Part shown: in pieces, positions 18,519 through 28,544 of the stretch
Position numbering within the stretch: position 1 is the stretch's first letter
How the letters are laid out: the number at the start of each line of letters is the position of its first letter
Assembly (NCBI GenBank): GCA_963555985.3
Contig: OY820591.1
Span: 2,368,001-2,432,000, forward strand
Direction: 5' to 3'
Source: Dehalococcoidia bacterium
GTDB lineage: Bacteria > Chloroflexota > Dehalococcoidia > Bin125
DNA: 64,000 nucleotides
Program-made: the position numbers and the translations under genes
The notes under the pieces: model-generated
What the model was told of the DNA's origin: nothing
The model's input: the letters and a program-made list of their open reading frames with translations, nothing else
Databases searched by the model: none

Positions 18519-19307
18519 ATGTCCGACCTACCACTGATCTACGAGAAAGACCCAGCCAACCGGCGCTGTGTGATCACGTTCAATCGACCCGAGCGAATGA
18601 ACGCGATGTCGGTGGAGCTGCTTCGGCTGCTGCGCGACGCGACTGAAGACTTCAACAACGACCCGGATATTTGGGTGGCAATCCTCACCGGTGCCGGCGA
18701 ACGCGCCTTCTGCGCCGGCGCCGACCTCGGCAGCACCATCCCGGCCAAGTCGGCCGGCGCGCGCGACAACCCGCTCCGCGTGCAGGAGACGCGCAACCTG
18801 CACCACGTCTACAAGCCGATCATTTCCGCCGTGAATGGCTACTGCATCGCCGGCGGACTCGAGTACATGCTGGGCACCGACATTCGCGTCGCCGCCGAGC
18901 ACGCCGAATTCGGACTGCAAGAAGTGCGCTGGGGCATCGTCCCCGATCAGGGCGCGCACATTCGCCTCCCCCGCCAAATCCCCTGGGCCTGGGCGATGGA
19001 ACTCATCCTCACCGGCCGCCGCTTGAGCGCCCAAGAAGCGCTCCACTGTGGGCTCATCAACCGAGTCGTCCCGCTGGACCAACTCATGCCCACCGCCCAC
19101 GCCATCGCCGACCTGATCTGCGCCAACGGCCCGCTCGCTGTCCGCACCGCCAAAGAAATCGCCGTCCGAGGCGCAATGGGCATGTCCTGGGAACAAGCCT
19201 GGAGCCTCGAATCCCTCCTAGGCGCAAGAGCCTTCGGCAGCGAAGACGCCATCGAAGGCCCCAAAGCCTTCATGGAAAAACGCACCCCCCAATTCAAAGG
19301 CAGATAA
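18519..19307 (+). CDS. Enoyl-CoA hydratase, copy 2 (tandem paralog)
   Basis: Same motifs, with long stretches identical to copy 1. Confidence 0.93.
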   Translation: MSDLPLIYEKDPANRRCVITFNRPERMNAMSVELLRLLRDATEDFNNDPDIWVAILTGAGERAFCAGADLGSTIPAKSAGARDNPLRVQETRNLHHVYKPIISAVNGYCIAGGLEYMLGTDIRVAAEHAEFGLQEVRWGIVPDQGAHIRLPRQIPWAWAMELILTGRRLSAQEALHCGLINRVVPLDQLMPTAHAIADLICANGPLAVRTAKEIAVRGAMGMSWEQAWSLESLLGARAFGSEDAIEGPKAFMEKRTPQFKGR

Positions 19308-19319
19308 CCCCACCTCCCC

Positions 19320-19530
19320 ATCTCCCCCTTGAGGGGGAGATGCCCCAGAGGGGCAGAGAGAGTGAAAACGCCGCGACCAGCACAGACAACCCAACCCCAG
19401 CTCCCCTCTCCCCCCCTTTGCGGGGGGAGATGTCGCGCAGCGACAGAGGGGGTCCGCCTCTCCCTGGCATCCCCGCCCCAAACAAGTTCCGTCATACCCG
19501 CGCCCCGTCGCGGGTATCTCGCCGTGACCA
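19320..19530 (-). repeat. Cluster of palindromic elements (two CCCCCTCTG elements plus a GTCATACCCGCG hairpin) in reverse orientation
   Basis: Reverse complements of the elements at 40666, 44858/45765 and 45977/58785. Confidence 0.85.
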
Positions 19531-19636
19531 GCACCCAACCCTCTGCCAACCACGACACACCCCCAAATTACCCACCCGAACACCCATCCATATAAGATCA
19601 AGTGTCCTTCATTGAGCAAGAGAGGAACCCCGACCC

Positions 19637-19987
19637 ATGCCCTTCAACTACACCTACCAGTCCGCTATGGCCGGCGTCGGCGAGCTCGCCTTCTGCAAGC
19701 GCCAACCCGGCTACGTCCGCGCCCAGGCCTTCGCCATCCTGCGCCGCGAACTCTCCCCGGCCAACCCCAAGAGCCGCGAGATCCACCACGCGCTCGGCAT
19801 CGCGCCCCACCCCGAACCCGCGCCCCGGCCCAACCATTCCCCCCACCTGCCCGGAGCGCCGCTCACCGCCGAGCAGAAGAAGGCGCTCCACTTGCACCCG
19901 CACGCGATCGCCGTCGCTCTGATGCGCGGCGAAGACGTACCCCTGATGGACGACGACAGTCTCGAAGAAGAGGAGGAACCGCAGTAA
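19637..19987 (+). CDS. Hypothetical protein (His/Pro-rich, acidic tail)
   Basis: GAGG RBS, strong C-ending codon bias, hairpin and T-run downstream. Confidence 0.65.
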   Translation: MPFNYTYQSAMAGVGELAFCKRQPGYVRAQAFAILRRELSPANPKSREIHHALGIAPHPEPAPRPNHSPHLPGAPLTAEQKKALHLHPHAIAVALMRGEDVPLMDDDSLEEEEEPQ

Positions 19988-20192
19988 TCCCCCGACCGGA
20001 GGGCTGTGCCCAGCCCTCAAGCGGCCGCTCGCCCCTCGTTTTTTTCTCACCGGATCGCGCGGATCACCACTGCGAGTCCCTACCGTGCCGCTTCATCTCA
20101 CCCCGCAAGGAGAGCTGCTGGAGCTGAAACGGACTCACGCGCTCGTATCCTGTCCCTAGCTGCGCGACTGGAAAGCGACGGAGGCACGCAGG

Positions 20193-21359
20193 ATGAGCGA
20201 CCTCACCAGATACGGCGCTGACACCTTGGACGCGAGCCTGCGCTCGCGCTTCATCGAAGGCGTCAACGGCCTCACGATGCACATCCTCGAAGCCGGCTGG
20301 GACGGCGAAGATCGACCCCGCCTGCTGATGCTGCACGGCTTCCCTGAGATCGCCTACAGCTGGCGCAAAGTGCTGCCGCTGCTCGCTGACGCCGGCTTCC
20401 ACGTCGTCGCGCCCGACCAGCGCGGCTACGGCCGCACCACCGGCTGGACGGCCAACTACGACGACAGCCTGATCCCATACGGGATGCTCAACCTCACTCG
20501 AGACGCAGTCGGGCTGGCCAACGCGCTCGGTTGGGACAGCGTCGATGGAGTGATCGGGCACGACTTCGGCTCGCCGGTCGCCGCCTACTGCGCCCTGATC
20601 CGTCCCGACATCTTCCGCTCCGTCGTGACCATGAGCGGGCCCTGGCAGGGGCCGCCCGCCTTGGCGGCGGGCGAAGCACGCGGCTCCGGCGCAGCCGGCT
20701 CCGCCTCCATCGCCGACGACTTGGCCACGCTGGATCGCCCACGCAAGCACTATCAGCTCTACTACTGCACCCGCCCCGCCGACGACGACATGACCAACGC
20801 CCCTCAGGGCGTCCACGACTTCCTCCGCGCCTACTACCACCACAAAAGCGCCGACTGGACACAGAACCAGCCGCACCCTTTGGACGCCTGGACGGCGACT
20901 GAACTGGCCAAATTGCCCACCTACTACGTCATGGATCTCGACGAGGACATGCCCACGACCGTGGCGCACGAGATGCCGTCGGCGGAAGCGATCGCCAATT
21001 GCTCGTGGCTGACCGAGGACGAACTCGCCGTCTACGCAGGCGAATACGCCCGCAACGGCTTCCAGGGCGGCCTCAACTGGTACCGCGCAACCCGAGATCC
21101 GGCCTGCATCGCCCAACTCCAACTCTTCCACGGACGCACGATCGACGTGCCGACGGCATTCATCGGCGGCGCCTCCGATTGGGGCGTCTACCAGTCCCCG
21201 GGAGCATGGGATCGGATGCCAGCCGCCTGCACGAAGCTGCTGGGTCAACACTTGGTTGAGGGCGCGGGCCACTGGGTCCAGCAGGAGCAGCCCGAAGCCG
21301 TGGCTGACCTGCTGCTCAACTTCCTCGATGCCGCAGCGATCGAGGCCAGCGGCGCATGA
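20193..21359 (+). CDS. Epoxide hydrolase-like alpha/beta hydrolase
   Basis: HGFPE, PDQRGYG, GHDFG nucleophile, GGLNWYR, GHWVQQE. Confidence 0.92.
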   Translation: MSDLTRYGADTLDASLRSRFIEGVNGLTMHILEAGWDGEDRPRLLMLHGFPEIAYSWRKVLPLLADAGFHVVAPDQRGYGRTTGWTANYDDSLIPYGMLNLTRDAVGLANALGWDSVDGVIGHDFGSPVAAYCALIRPDIFRSVVTMSGPWQGPPALAAGEARGSGAAGSASIADDLATLDRPRKHYQLYYCTRPADDDMTNAPQGVHDFLRAYYHHKSADWTQNQPHPLDAWTATELAKLPTYYVMDLDEDMPTTVAHEMPSAEAIANCSWLTEDELAVYAGEYARNGFQGGLNWYRATRDPACIAQLQLFHGRTIDVPTAFIGGASDWGVYQSPGAWDRMPAACTKLLGQHLVEGAGHWVQQEQPEAVADLLLNFLDAAAIEASGA

Positions 21360-22321
21360 AAGCCGTCGTCTACGACCGCTACGGCACAGCCGACCAACTG
21401 CGAGTCGAGGAAGTCGAACAGCCTGCGCCGGGCCAAGGCGAGGTATTGGTGCGCGTCGTCGCCAGCTCAGTCAACTCCTGGGACTGGCACCTGCTCACCG
21501 GCGGCTTCTTCGAACGCCTGATATTCGGCGCGTTTCGGCCTCGATTTCGCGTACTCGGTTCGGAAATCGCAGGAGTGGTCGAAGCCGTCGGAACCGGCGT
21601 GACCGAGTTCAGCCCCGGAGATGAGGTCTTCGGCGACCTGAGCACGAGCGGTTGGGGCGGCTTCGCCGAGTACGCCGTCGGCCGCGCCGACTCGATGGCG
21701 CGCAAACCGGGCGATGTCAGCTTTGAGCACGCTGCCACATTGCCGCAGAGCGGTCGGCTGGCATTGCATTGCCTGCGCGAGCGCTGGCCAATTCGCTCCG
21801 GCGATCGCGTGCTGATCAACGGCGGAGGCGGCGCGGCCGGGACGATGGCGCTACAGATCGCCAAGCACTTCGGCGCGCATGTGACCTGCGTCGACCAGGA
21901 CAGCAAGCTGGAGCTGCTCCGATCGCTCGGCGCCGACGCCACAATCGACTACCGCCGCGAGGACTACACCCGCAGCGGAGAGCGCTACGACTTGATCTTC
22001 GATGTCGCCGCACATCGAGGCTTCTTCGACGTTCGCCGCGCGCTCGCGTCTGTCGGTGTCTACGTGATGACCGGTGGTCCGGTGCTGCGAATCGTTCAGT
22101 GGGGTCTGGTTGCGCCGATCGCGAGCCGAATCGGGCAGCGCTCGTACACAATCCGCACGCACGAGTTCAATCGCGACGACCTCGCCTGGCTCACCGACCG
22201 CATCGCCGCCGGCGACATCACTCCGGCGATCGACCGCACCTACTCGCTTGAGGAGGTGCCTGACGCGCTGCGCTACTTCGACTCGGGCGAGGTCAAGGGC
22301 AAGCTGGTCATCCTGCACTAA
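21356..22321 (+). CDS. NAD(P)-dependent MDR oxidoreductase (quinone reductase-like, Zn-independent)
   Basis: MKAVVYDRYG, SVNSWD, INGGGGAAG, IDRTY, GKLVI. Confidence 0.9.
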   Translation: MKAVVYDRYGTADQLRVEEVEQPAPGQGEVLVRVVASSVNSWDWHLLTGGFFERLIFGAFRPRFRVLGSEIAGVVEAVGTGVTEFSPGDEVFGDLSTSGWGGFAEYAVGRADSMARKPGDVSFEHAATLPQSGRLALHCLRERWPIRSGDRVLINGGGGAAGTMALQIAKHFGAHVTCVDQDSKLELLRSLGADATIDYRREDYTRSGERYDLIFDVAAHRGFFDVRRALASVGVYVMTGGPVLRIVQWGLVAPIASRIGQRSYTIRTHEFNRDDLAWLTDRIAAGDITPAIDRTYSLEEVPDALRYFDSGEVKGKLVILH

Positions 22322-23385
22322 CGCCTGAGTTGCAGGATCACATCGGCCACGAAACGCTCGCTGCACTCCGAGTAGGGGTGACTCGGATCGAGGGTCGTCC
22401 CCGCAATAAAGAATCGCGTGACGCCCAACTCGATCAGCTCGCCCAGGCGTTGCGCGCAATAGTCGGAAGGACCAAAAATGCCGAAGCTGCTGGCGAACTT
22501 CTGCGTCACTTGCGCCGACTGCGCGCTCCCAGCCTGCGCGTGATGATGCATGTCGTAGCTGTCGTGAATCTTGGTCAGCACTTCGCGCTGGTAGTCGCTG
22601 ACCGGACCCACGATCTCTCCGTACATATTCGAGAAGCGCGCGAACAGCGACAGTCCCGCCGAGCCAATCGAGAGCGCGACTTCGGGATCGTCATGCACGA
22701 CCGCGGGGATGTACGCCCCGAACGCGATCGCCGGGTCCAGGCCGGCCTCCGATCGCGCCTCACGCGCCACCTCCATGCCCCACCGAATCCGTTCCGGGTC
22801 GCCCCCGACCGCGAGGCTGACCTGATCGGCATGACGCGCCGCCGCCGCGATCACCCGAGGCCCGGTCGCAGCCACATCAACCGGCACCTTCGCGTACGAC
22901 GATCCGATCCAGCGAATCCGGCTGGCCTCCGGCGTATCCGCCAGCCCCAGCGCCTCGACGTTGGTCTCCCCAAAAGCCACATCCTCGCCGCGCAGGTAGC
23001 CTTGCAGCTGTTCGAGATATCGCTCGAACGCCGGAACCGCGTGCGGCGCGAGCCCGAGATGCGCCAGCGCAGAGTCGCCGCGCCCGATCCCGAGATAGGC
23101 CCGCCCCCCGCTCTCTGCCTGAATCGTGGCGATCGCAGAGGCCGTCACCGCCGGATGGCGCGTGTACGAGTTCGTCACGCCCGTGCCCAGCTTGAGCCGC
23201 GTCGTCGCATGCGCCGCCACCGTCAGAGCCACATAACAGTCGCCCGCGAGATTCTGGCTGTCGACAAAGGTGATCCCGTCGTAACCCAACTCCTCCGCTC
23301 GCTTGGCCTGTTTGGCGGAGTCGAACACCGCCGGATCAGGACTGCTCGCACGGCCCCGACCGGATGTCCAGAACTCGACGCTCAT
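22318..23385 (-). CDS. LLM-class (luciferase-like) flavin/F420-dependent oxidoreductase, copy 2
   Basis: DSQNL, GTGVTN..TRH, SGGRA.LGIGRGDSA, AATGPR. Confidence 0.92.
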   Translation of the reverse strand: MSVEFWTSGRGRASSPDPAVFDSAKQAKRAEELGYDGITFVDSQNLAGDCYVALTVAAHATTRLKLGTGVTNSYTRHPAVTASAIATIQAESGGRAYLGIGRGDSALAHLGLAPHAVPAFERYLEQLQGYLRGEDVAFGETNVEALGLADTPEASRIRWIGSSYAKVPVDVAATGPRVIAAAARHADQVSLAVGGDPERIRWGMEVAREARSEAGLDPAIAFGAYIPAVVHDDPEVALSIGSAGLSLFARFSNMYGEIVGPVSDYQREVLTKIHDSYDMHHHAQAGSAQSAQVTQKFASSFGIFGPSDYCAQRLGELIELGVTRFFIAGTTLDPSHPYSECSERFVADVILQLRR

Positions 23386-23400
23386 GTCAGCCTCCATTCG

Positions 23401-24465
23401 TCACTTGAGCTGCGGAACGACTTCCGACACGAAGCGTTCGCTGGACTTCGTGTCGGGATCGTTCGGATCCAGCGGCGAACCGCGGAAGATGAAGCGGTCA
23501 ATGCCGATCTCAATCAACTCGCCGAGGCGCTGGACGGCGTAGTCGGGCGGGCCGAAGACGCCGAAGGCGCGCTCAAACTCGGTCGGAATCACGCCCGCCT
23601 GCGCACTCCCCGGACGGCCGTGGCCATGCATGTCGTAGGCGTCATGGATGTCGGTCAGCACTTTGGCCTGCTCTGCCGTGGCAGGGCCGACGATCGTCCC
23701 GTACATGTTCGAGAAGCGCGCGAACAGCGAGACCTGCCCGGCCCCAATCCGCATCGCCTGCTCGGGATCGTCGTGAACGGCGAGCGGGATGTAGGCGGCG
23801 AAGGGAATCTCCGGGTCAAGTCCCGCCTCTGCGCGCGCCGTCCGTGCGACCTCCATACCCCACAGCGTCCGCTCAACATCCGCGCCGACATTGAAGCTGA
23901 CCCGATCGGCGTGTCTGGCGGCGGCCTGGATCACGCGCGGTCCGGTCGCTGCGACATCGACCGGCACCTTCGGTCCCATGCGGTTCATGTAGCGGATGTG
24001 ACTCGCTTGCGGCGTGTCGGCCAGGCCGAGCGCATCGACATCGCTCTCCTCAAAGCCCACGCTTTCACCGCGCAGGTAGGCCTGAAGCTCCTCCAGGTAG
24101 CGCTCAAACGGGCCGACCGCGTGCGGCGCAAGACCAAGATGCGCCAGCGCCGAGTCGCCGCGACCGATCCCCATGTGCGCCCGTCCCCGGCTCTCCGCCT
24201 GCACCGTAGCGATGCACGACGCCGTGATCGCCGCGTGCCGCGTATAGGAGTTGGTCACGCCCGTGCCAAGCTGAATGCGCGAGGTCGCGTGGGCGGCCAG
24301 GGCCATCGAGATGTAGCAGTCGGGGGCCAGATTCTGGCTGTCGACCCAGACGATGCCGTCGTAGCCCAGCTGCTCAGCCTGGACGGCCATCTGCACGCCG
24401 TCGAAGACGGCTGGATCGGCGCTGGTCGGAACACCGGCGCCCATGGTCCAGAATTCGACTGTCAT
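23401..24465 (-). CDS. LLM-class oxidoreductase, copy 1 (tandem paralog)
   Basis: Same motifs as the adjacent gene. Confidence 0.92.
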   Translation of the reverse strand: MTVEFWTMGAGVPTSADPAVFDGVQMAVQAEQLGYDGIVWVDSQNLAPDCYISMALAAHATSRIQLGTGVTNSYTRHAAITASCIATVQAESRGRAHMGIGRGDSALAHLGLAPHAVGPFERYLEELQAYLRGESVGFEESDVDALGLADTPQASHIRYMNRMGPKVPVDVAATGPRVIQAAARHADRVSFNVGADVERTLWGMEVARTARAEAGLDPEIPFAAYIPLAVHDDPEQAMRIGAGQVSLFARFSNMYGTIVGPATAEQAKVLTDIHDAYDMHGHGRPGSAQAGVIPTEFERAFGVFGPPDYAVQRLGELIEIGIDRFIFRGSPLDPNDPDTKSSERFVSEVVPQLK

Positions 24466-24621
24466 GGTCTGATCTCCTTCGCTGTGCGTTGGAGGGTAGT
24501 CCCTGCCTGTGAGCGTCGGTTATGGGGCATGGCGCTGCTGACGCCTACCGATCAAATTCGCTAGCTTGCGTTGACTGACCACAGCAGCCGCGTGCGTGCG
24601 GCTCGGAGAAGGAGAGCGAGC

Positions 24622-26532
24622 ATGTCGAACTATTGGAGCAGGATGCGCCGGCAGCAATTGAGCCGAAGAGCGTTGCTGCGCGCATCGGCGCGAGCGGGTG
24701 TCGGCGCGGCTGGTCTGGCCTTGGTGGGATGCGGCGATGACGATGACGACGACGCTCAGCCGGCGGCGGCGCAGGCTCAGCAGCAGCAAGAGCAGCAGGA
24801 TCAACCAGCTGCCCAGCAACAGCAAGACCAGCAGCAGCAACAGCGGGCCGCACAGCAACAGCAGCAGGCGGCGCAACAGCAGCAGCAAGCTGAGCAACAG
24901 GCGCAGCAGGCCGAACAGCAGGAACAGACTGCGGCTGAGGCGCAGGCTCAGCAGGAAGAACAGCAAGCTGCTGCGGACGACAACATCGACTACAACGCCA
25001 CGGCGATCGGTGCCTACGGGTCGTTCCCGCAGATGCTCGACCAGGGCAGCGCGCTGGCGCGCGGCGGGCAGTCGGCCTCGAACAGCTACCACTACGCCTC
25101 GGTCTTCCCGCTGGAAGCGCAGGGCACTGCCGTTCCGGGCGGTCTGGCCGAGTGGGAATTCGTCGGTGCCGAGTCGCTGATTGTTCGGATGAACCCGGGC
25201 CGCGTGTTCCACAACGGCGACCCCGTCACGGCTGAGGACGTCAAGTTCACGATCGATCGGCTCTCGAACAAAGCCGAATACAACCCCGAGTACAACTCCG
25301 CCTGGACCGGCGAGTTGATCTGGACCGCGGACAACGAACTGATCGACCAAAACACGCTGAGAATCGACCAGAACTCCGAGAGCGCAAGCGTCGACGCAGC
25401 CAACAGCTTGGCCACCGGCGGTTTTCCCGTGTTCCCCAAGAATCACCTGGAGTCGGTGGGCGACGAGGCCTACGCGCAGTTCCCGATCGCAACCGGTCCG
25501 TTCAAGTTCGTGGAATGGTCGCCGGATGAGCGAATCGTCAGTATGCGCAACGAGGACTTCTACAACGGACGCGACTTCGCCGGAGCGCCGCGAACCCCGT
25601 ACCTGGCCGGATTCGAAGCACGCCTGATTCCCGAAATCGGCGCCCGGGTCTCGGCCCTGGAGGCCGGCGAGATTGACCTGGCCAACTCGATTCCGCCGGA
25701 TCTCGCGGTCCCGCTCGGCGAAACCGGTGACTTCAACGTCTACTACCACCCGGCGCAGCGCGGACTGCACATCAAGCTGCCGATGACGATCGAGGAAGAT
25801 CCGTACAACCCCGGTCAGCCCAACCCTTGGCGCGACAAGCGCGTACGGATCGCGGCCAACCTCGCGGTCGACGTCGACGCGATCACGCAGAACATCATGA
25901 CCGGGCGCGAGAACTACACCTACTCGCTCTCGTCGGGTCAGTTCGGTTTCCCGAAGGACATCCTGGAGCAGCGCTGGGCCTACGACCCGGAGCGGGCCAA
26001 GGAGCTGCTGGTCGAGGCCGGATTCGGCGACGGCCTGGAGACCGACTTGATCTATCTGAGCGGCCTCTACACGAACGACCAACTGTTCATGGAGGCGATC
26101 GCGGAGATGCTGCGCGAGGTTGGCTTCATCGTCAACCTGATCCCCGACGACATCTCCAAGTTCCTCGGCGAGGCCCGCAACAAGGAACTCACGGCCCCAT
26201 ATCTGTTCCCGCAGCCGGCCGGCTTCACCTCGCTGGGCTCGTTCGCGATCGGCGTCGACAGCGCTGCCACCTACGCCCACAAGGTGGAGGTCCTCCCCGA
26301 CGAGCGCGCCGAGGTCGACCGCCTGATCGCTGAAGCGCGAGCGGAGTTCGACACTGAGAAGCGGCGTGTGCTGCTTGAAGATGCGGTGCGCATCCACTAC
26401 CTGGAAGCGTCCTGGCTCTTCCTCTTCGAGCTGACCCAGACCCACGTCGGCACCTCGCGGCTGGAGTGGGACCCGTTCTTCCTGCAGCCGGCCTCGGTCG
26501 AGCTCTGGAACCTGAAGTCGATGAAGACCTAG
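24622..26532 (+). CDS. ABC transporter family 5 substrate-binding lipoprotein (TAT signal, Gln-rich linker)
   Basis: SRRALL TAT motif, LVGC lipobox, FHNGDPVTAEDVKFT, TGPFK, YDPERAKELL. Confidence 0.93.
   Translation: MSNYWSRMRRQQLSRRALLRASARAGVGAAGLALVGCGDDDDDDAQPAAAQAQQQQEQQDQPAAQQQQDQQQQQRAAQQQQQAAQQQQQAEQQAQQAEQQEQTAAEAQAQQEEQQAAADDNIDYNATAIGAYGSFPQMLDQGSALARGGQSASNSYHYASVFPLEAQGTAVPGGLAEWEFVGAESLIVRMNPGRVFHNGDPVTAEDVKFTIDRLSNKAEYNPEYNSAWTGELIWTADNELIDQNTLRIDQNSESASVDAANSLATGGFPVFPKNHLESVGDEAYAQFPIATGPFKFVEWSPDERIVSMRNEDFYNGRDFAGAPRTPYLAGFEARLIPEIGARVSALEAGEIDLANSIPPDLAVPLGETGDFNVYYHPAQRGLHIKLPMTIEEDPYNPGQPNPWRDKRVRIAANLAVDVDAITQNIMTGRENYTYSLSSGQFGFPKDILEQRWAYDPERAKELLVEAGFGDGLETDLIYLSGLYTNDQLFMEAIAEMLREVGFIVNLIPDDISKFLGEARNKELTAPYLFPQPAGFTSLGSFAIGVDSAATYAHKVEVLPDERAEVDRLIAEARAEFDTEKRRVLLEDAVRIHYLEASWLFLFELTQTHVGTSRLEWDPFFLQPASVELWNLKSMKT
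24760..24975 (+). repeat. CAG/CAA-rich low-complexity tract encoding a Gln/Ala/Glu linker
   Basis: QQQQEQQDQPAAQQQQDQQQQQ... Confidence 0.85.
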
Positions 26533-26577
26533 ACCGCCGGGGCATCACCTGCACGGCAGGCAGCGGGGGAGCACGCG

Positions 26578-27501
26578 ATGGCCGGGCATCTGATTCCGCG
26601 CCTGCTCCAGTCGATCATGGTCGTCTTTGTCGTTGTGTCCCTGGTGTTCGTCGGCAGCCGCCTGATCGGCGATCCGATCGAGGCTTACTCGGCCCAGAAC
26701 GCGACCCAGGAGGCGATCGACGCGGCGCGCGAGCGCTTGGGTCTGCTCGACCCGCTGATCGTGCAGTACGGCAACTTCCTCTGGGGCGTAGTTCGGCTCG
26801 ATTTTGGCGAATCGATCTTCACCAACCAACCAGCTTGGGACGAAGTCTCCGCGCGGCTCTGGGCCACAGTCCAACTGAGCCTGGCTGCCTTCGTGCTGAT
26901 CCTTGTAGTCGGAGTACCTATCGGTGTGTTAGCCGCGGTGCGCCGAGGCTCAGTCCCGGACTTGTTGGCCCGCTTAATCGCGCTCGTCGGTCAGGCGATG
27001 CCCAACTTCTGGCTCGGGCTGCTGCTGATCTTCATCTTCTCGGTCCGGCTCGGCTGGTTGCCAACCAGCGGACGCGGAGGCTTCGAGAACCTGATCTTGC
27101 CCGCGATCACGCTGGCCGGATTCGGCGCCGCCGCCGCGATGCGGCTGACCCGTTCCGGCATGTTGGAGGTCCTGAGTAACGACTACATCCGCACCGCGCA
27201 GGCGAAGGGCCTCGCCAATCGCACGGTGATCGTGCGTCACGCCCTCCGCAACGCGCTGCTCGGACTGGTGACGGTCCTAGGCATTATGTTGGCTCAGCTC
27301 CTTGCGGGCTCGATCATCGTCGAGGTCGTCTTCGCCTGGCCCGGAGTCGGCAGGTTGATCTTCCGCTCGATCAGCCTGCGCGACTTCCCTGTGATCCAGG
27401 TGGGTGTGCTGGTGATCGCGGTCTGGTTCGTAGTGATCAACATCCTGGTCGACATCTCCTACAACTTCCTCGATCCGCGCATTCGCGTAGGGACCAACTG
27501 A
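26578..27501 (+). CDS. ABC permease, DppB/OppB-like
   Basis: GDP, LDFGES, PNFWLG, DYIRTAQAKGL, DPRIR. Confidence 0.93.
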   Translation: MAGHLIPRLLQSIMVVFVVVSLVFVGSRLIGDPIEAYSAQNATQEAIDAARERLGLLDPLIVQYGNFLWGVVRLDFGESIFTNQPAWDEVSARLWATVQLSLAAFVLILVVGVPIGVLAAVRRGSVPDLLARLIALVGQAMPNFWLGLLLIFIFSVRLGWLPTSGRGGFENLILPAITLAGFGAAAAMRLTRSGMLEVLSNDYIRTAQAKGLANRTVIVRHALRNALLGLVTVLGIMLAQLLAGSIIVEVVFAWPGVGRLIFRSISLRDFPVIQVGVLVIAVWFVVINILVDISYNFLDPRIRVGTN

Positions 27502-28412
27502 TGAGCGCGCAAAGCGCCCAAGCGGGGACGTTGCTCGACACGCTTGGCGAGCGCCGTCGCGTCTGGCTGCGGCGACTCCCGCGCGGCTGGCCCCTGCTCT
27601 CGCTCTATCTGGCGATCATCGGAGTGTTCATTGTTGCCGGCATCTTCGCCGACTGGATCGCCCCGCACGATCCGACCGATCAGAACCTGATCAGCCGTTT
27701 GCAGGACCCCTGGTGGCAGGCTGAGGGCACCTCTGAGCACATCTTTGGTACCGACGGCTTAGGCCGCGACACGTTCAGCCGCCTGATCAAAGGCAGTCAG
27801 ACATCGCTGCTGGTGATCGCGACCGTGATTCCCGGATCGCTCGTGCTTGGTACAGCGATCGGTCTCTTCGCGGGTTGGCGGCGCGGCCCCTTCGACTCGT
27901 TCGCAATGCGTCTGGTCGAAGTGCAGCTCGCGTTTCCGGCGTTGCTGTTCGCCCTACTGATTGCGGCGATGCTGGGGCCCTCACTCCGAAACGTGGTGAT
28001 CATCCTGATCGTCTTCCTCTGGGCGCCGTACGCACGATTAGTGCGCGCAGAGGTGCTGAGCCTACGCGAGCGGGAGTTCATCCTGGCGGCGCGGACGATC
28101 GGCGCATCCGACTTTCGCTTGATGACGCGGCATCTCTTGCCGAGCGTCGTCAATTCGGTCGTCATCCTGGCCACGCTCAACGTCTCCACCGTGATCATCG
28201 CCGAGGCCTCGCTCTCCTTCCTCGGCGCGGGCGTCGGCCCCGAGACGATCTCCTGGGGCAAGATGGTGGCTGAGGGCCGCGACCTGCTCAAGATCCGCTT
28301 CTGGCTAACAGGCGTGCCCGGCATCACGATCATGATCATCGCCCTGGTCGGCAATCTGCTCGGCGACTGGCTGCGCGATGCGCTCGATCCGCAGTTACGC
28401 CGCCGCGCCTAG
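27501..28412 (+). CDS. ABC permease, DppC/OppC-like
   Basis: GTDGLGRD, EFILAARTIG, LSFLG, GDWLRDALDP. Confidence 0.93.
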   Translation: MSAQSAQAGTLLDTLGERRRVWLRRLPRGWPLLSLYLAIIGVFIVAGIFADWIAPHDPTDQNLISRLQDPWWQAEGTSEHIFGTDGLGRDTFSRLIKGSQTSLLVIATVIPGSLVLGTAIGLFAGWRRGPFDSFAMRLVEVQLAFPALLFALLIAAMLGPSLRNVVIILIVFLWAPYARLVRAEVLSLREREFILAARTIGASDFRLMTRHLLPSVVNSVVILATLNVSTVIIAEASLSFLGAGVGPETISWGKMVAEGRDLLKIRFWLTGVPGITIMIIALVGNLLGDWLRDALDPQLRRRA

Positions 28413-28544
28413 TTCGCTGCCAGATCGAAAGCGAGCGGAGATGGTCTGGACGAAAGAACCGGCTGAACTCACGCGCGTAATGGGCGTCCGATCGACGACG
28501 CCACTTAGGCTCAAGGTCAAGAAGACACGCAAGGAATTCTGGCC

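Noticed and set aside
18947-19619. ORFs spanning the repeat cluster at 19.3-19.5 kb (and at 44.8-46.0 kb)
   Set aside because: Translations of palindromic repeats (PPLSLRDISP, VIPA..GI), not independent genes
22330-24564. 744-aa + strand ORF, and similar long ORFs such as 14147-15979, 24520-26445 and 42790-44880
   Set aside because: Antisense shadows of well-supported genes in high-GC DNA, with no motifs
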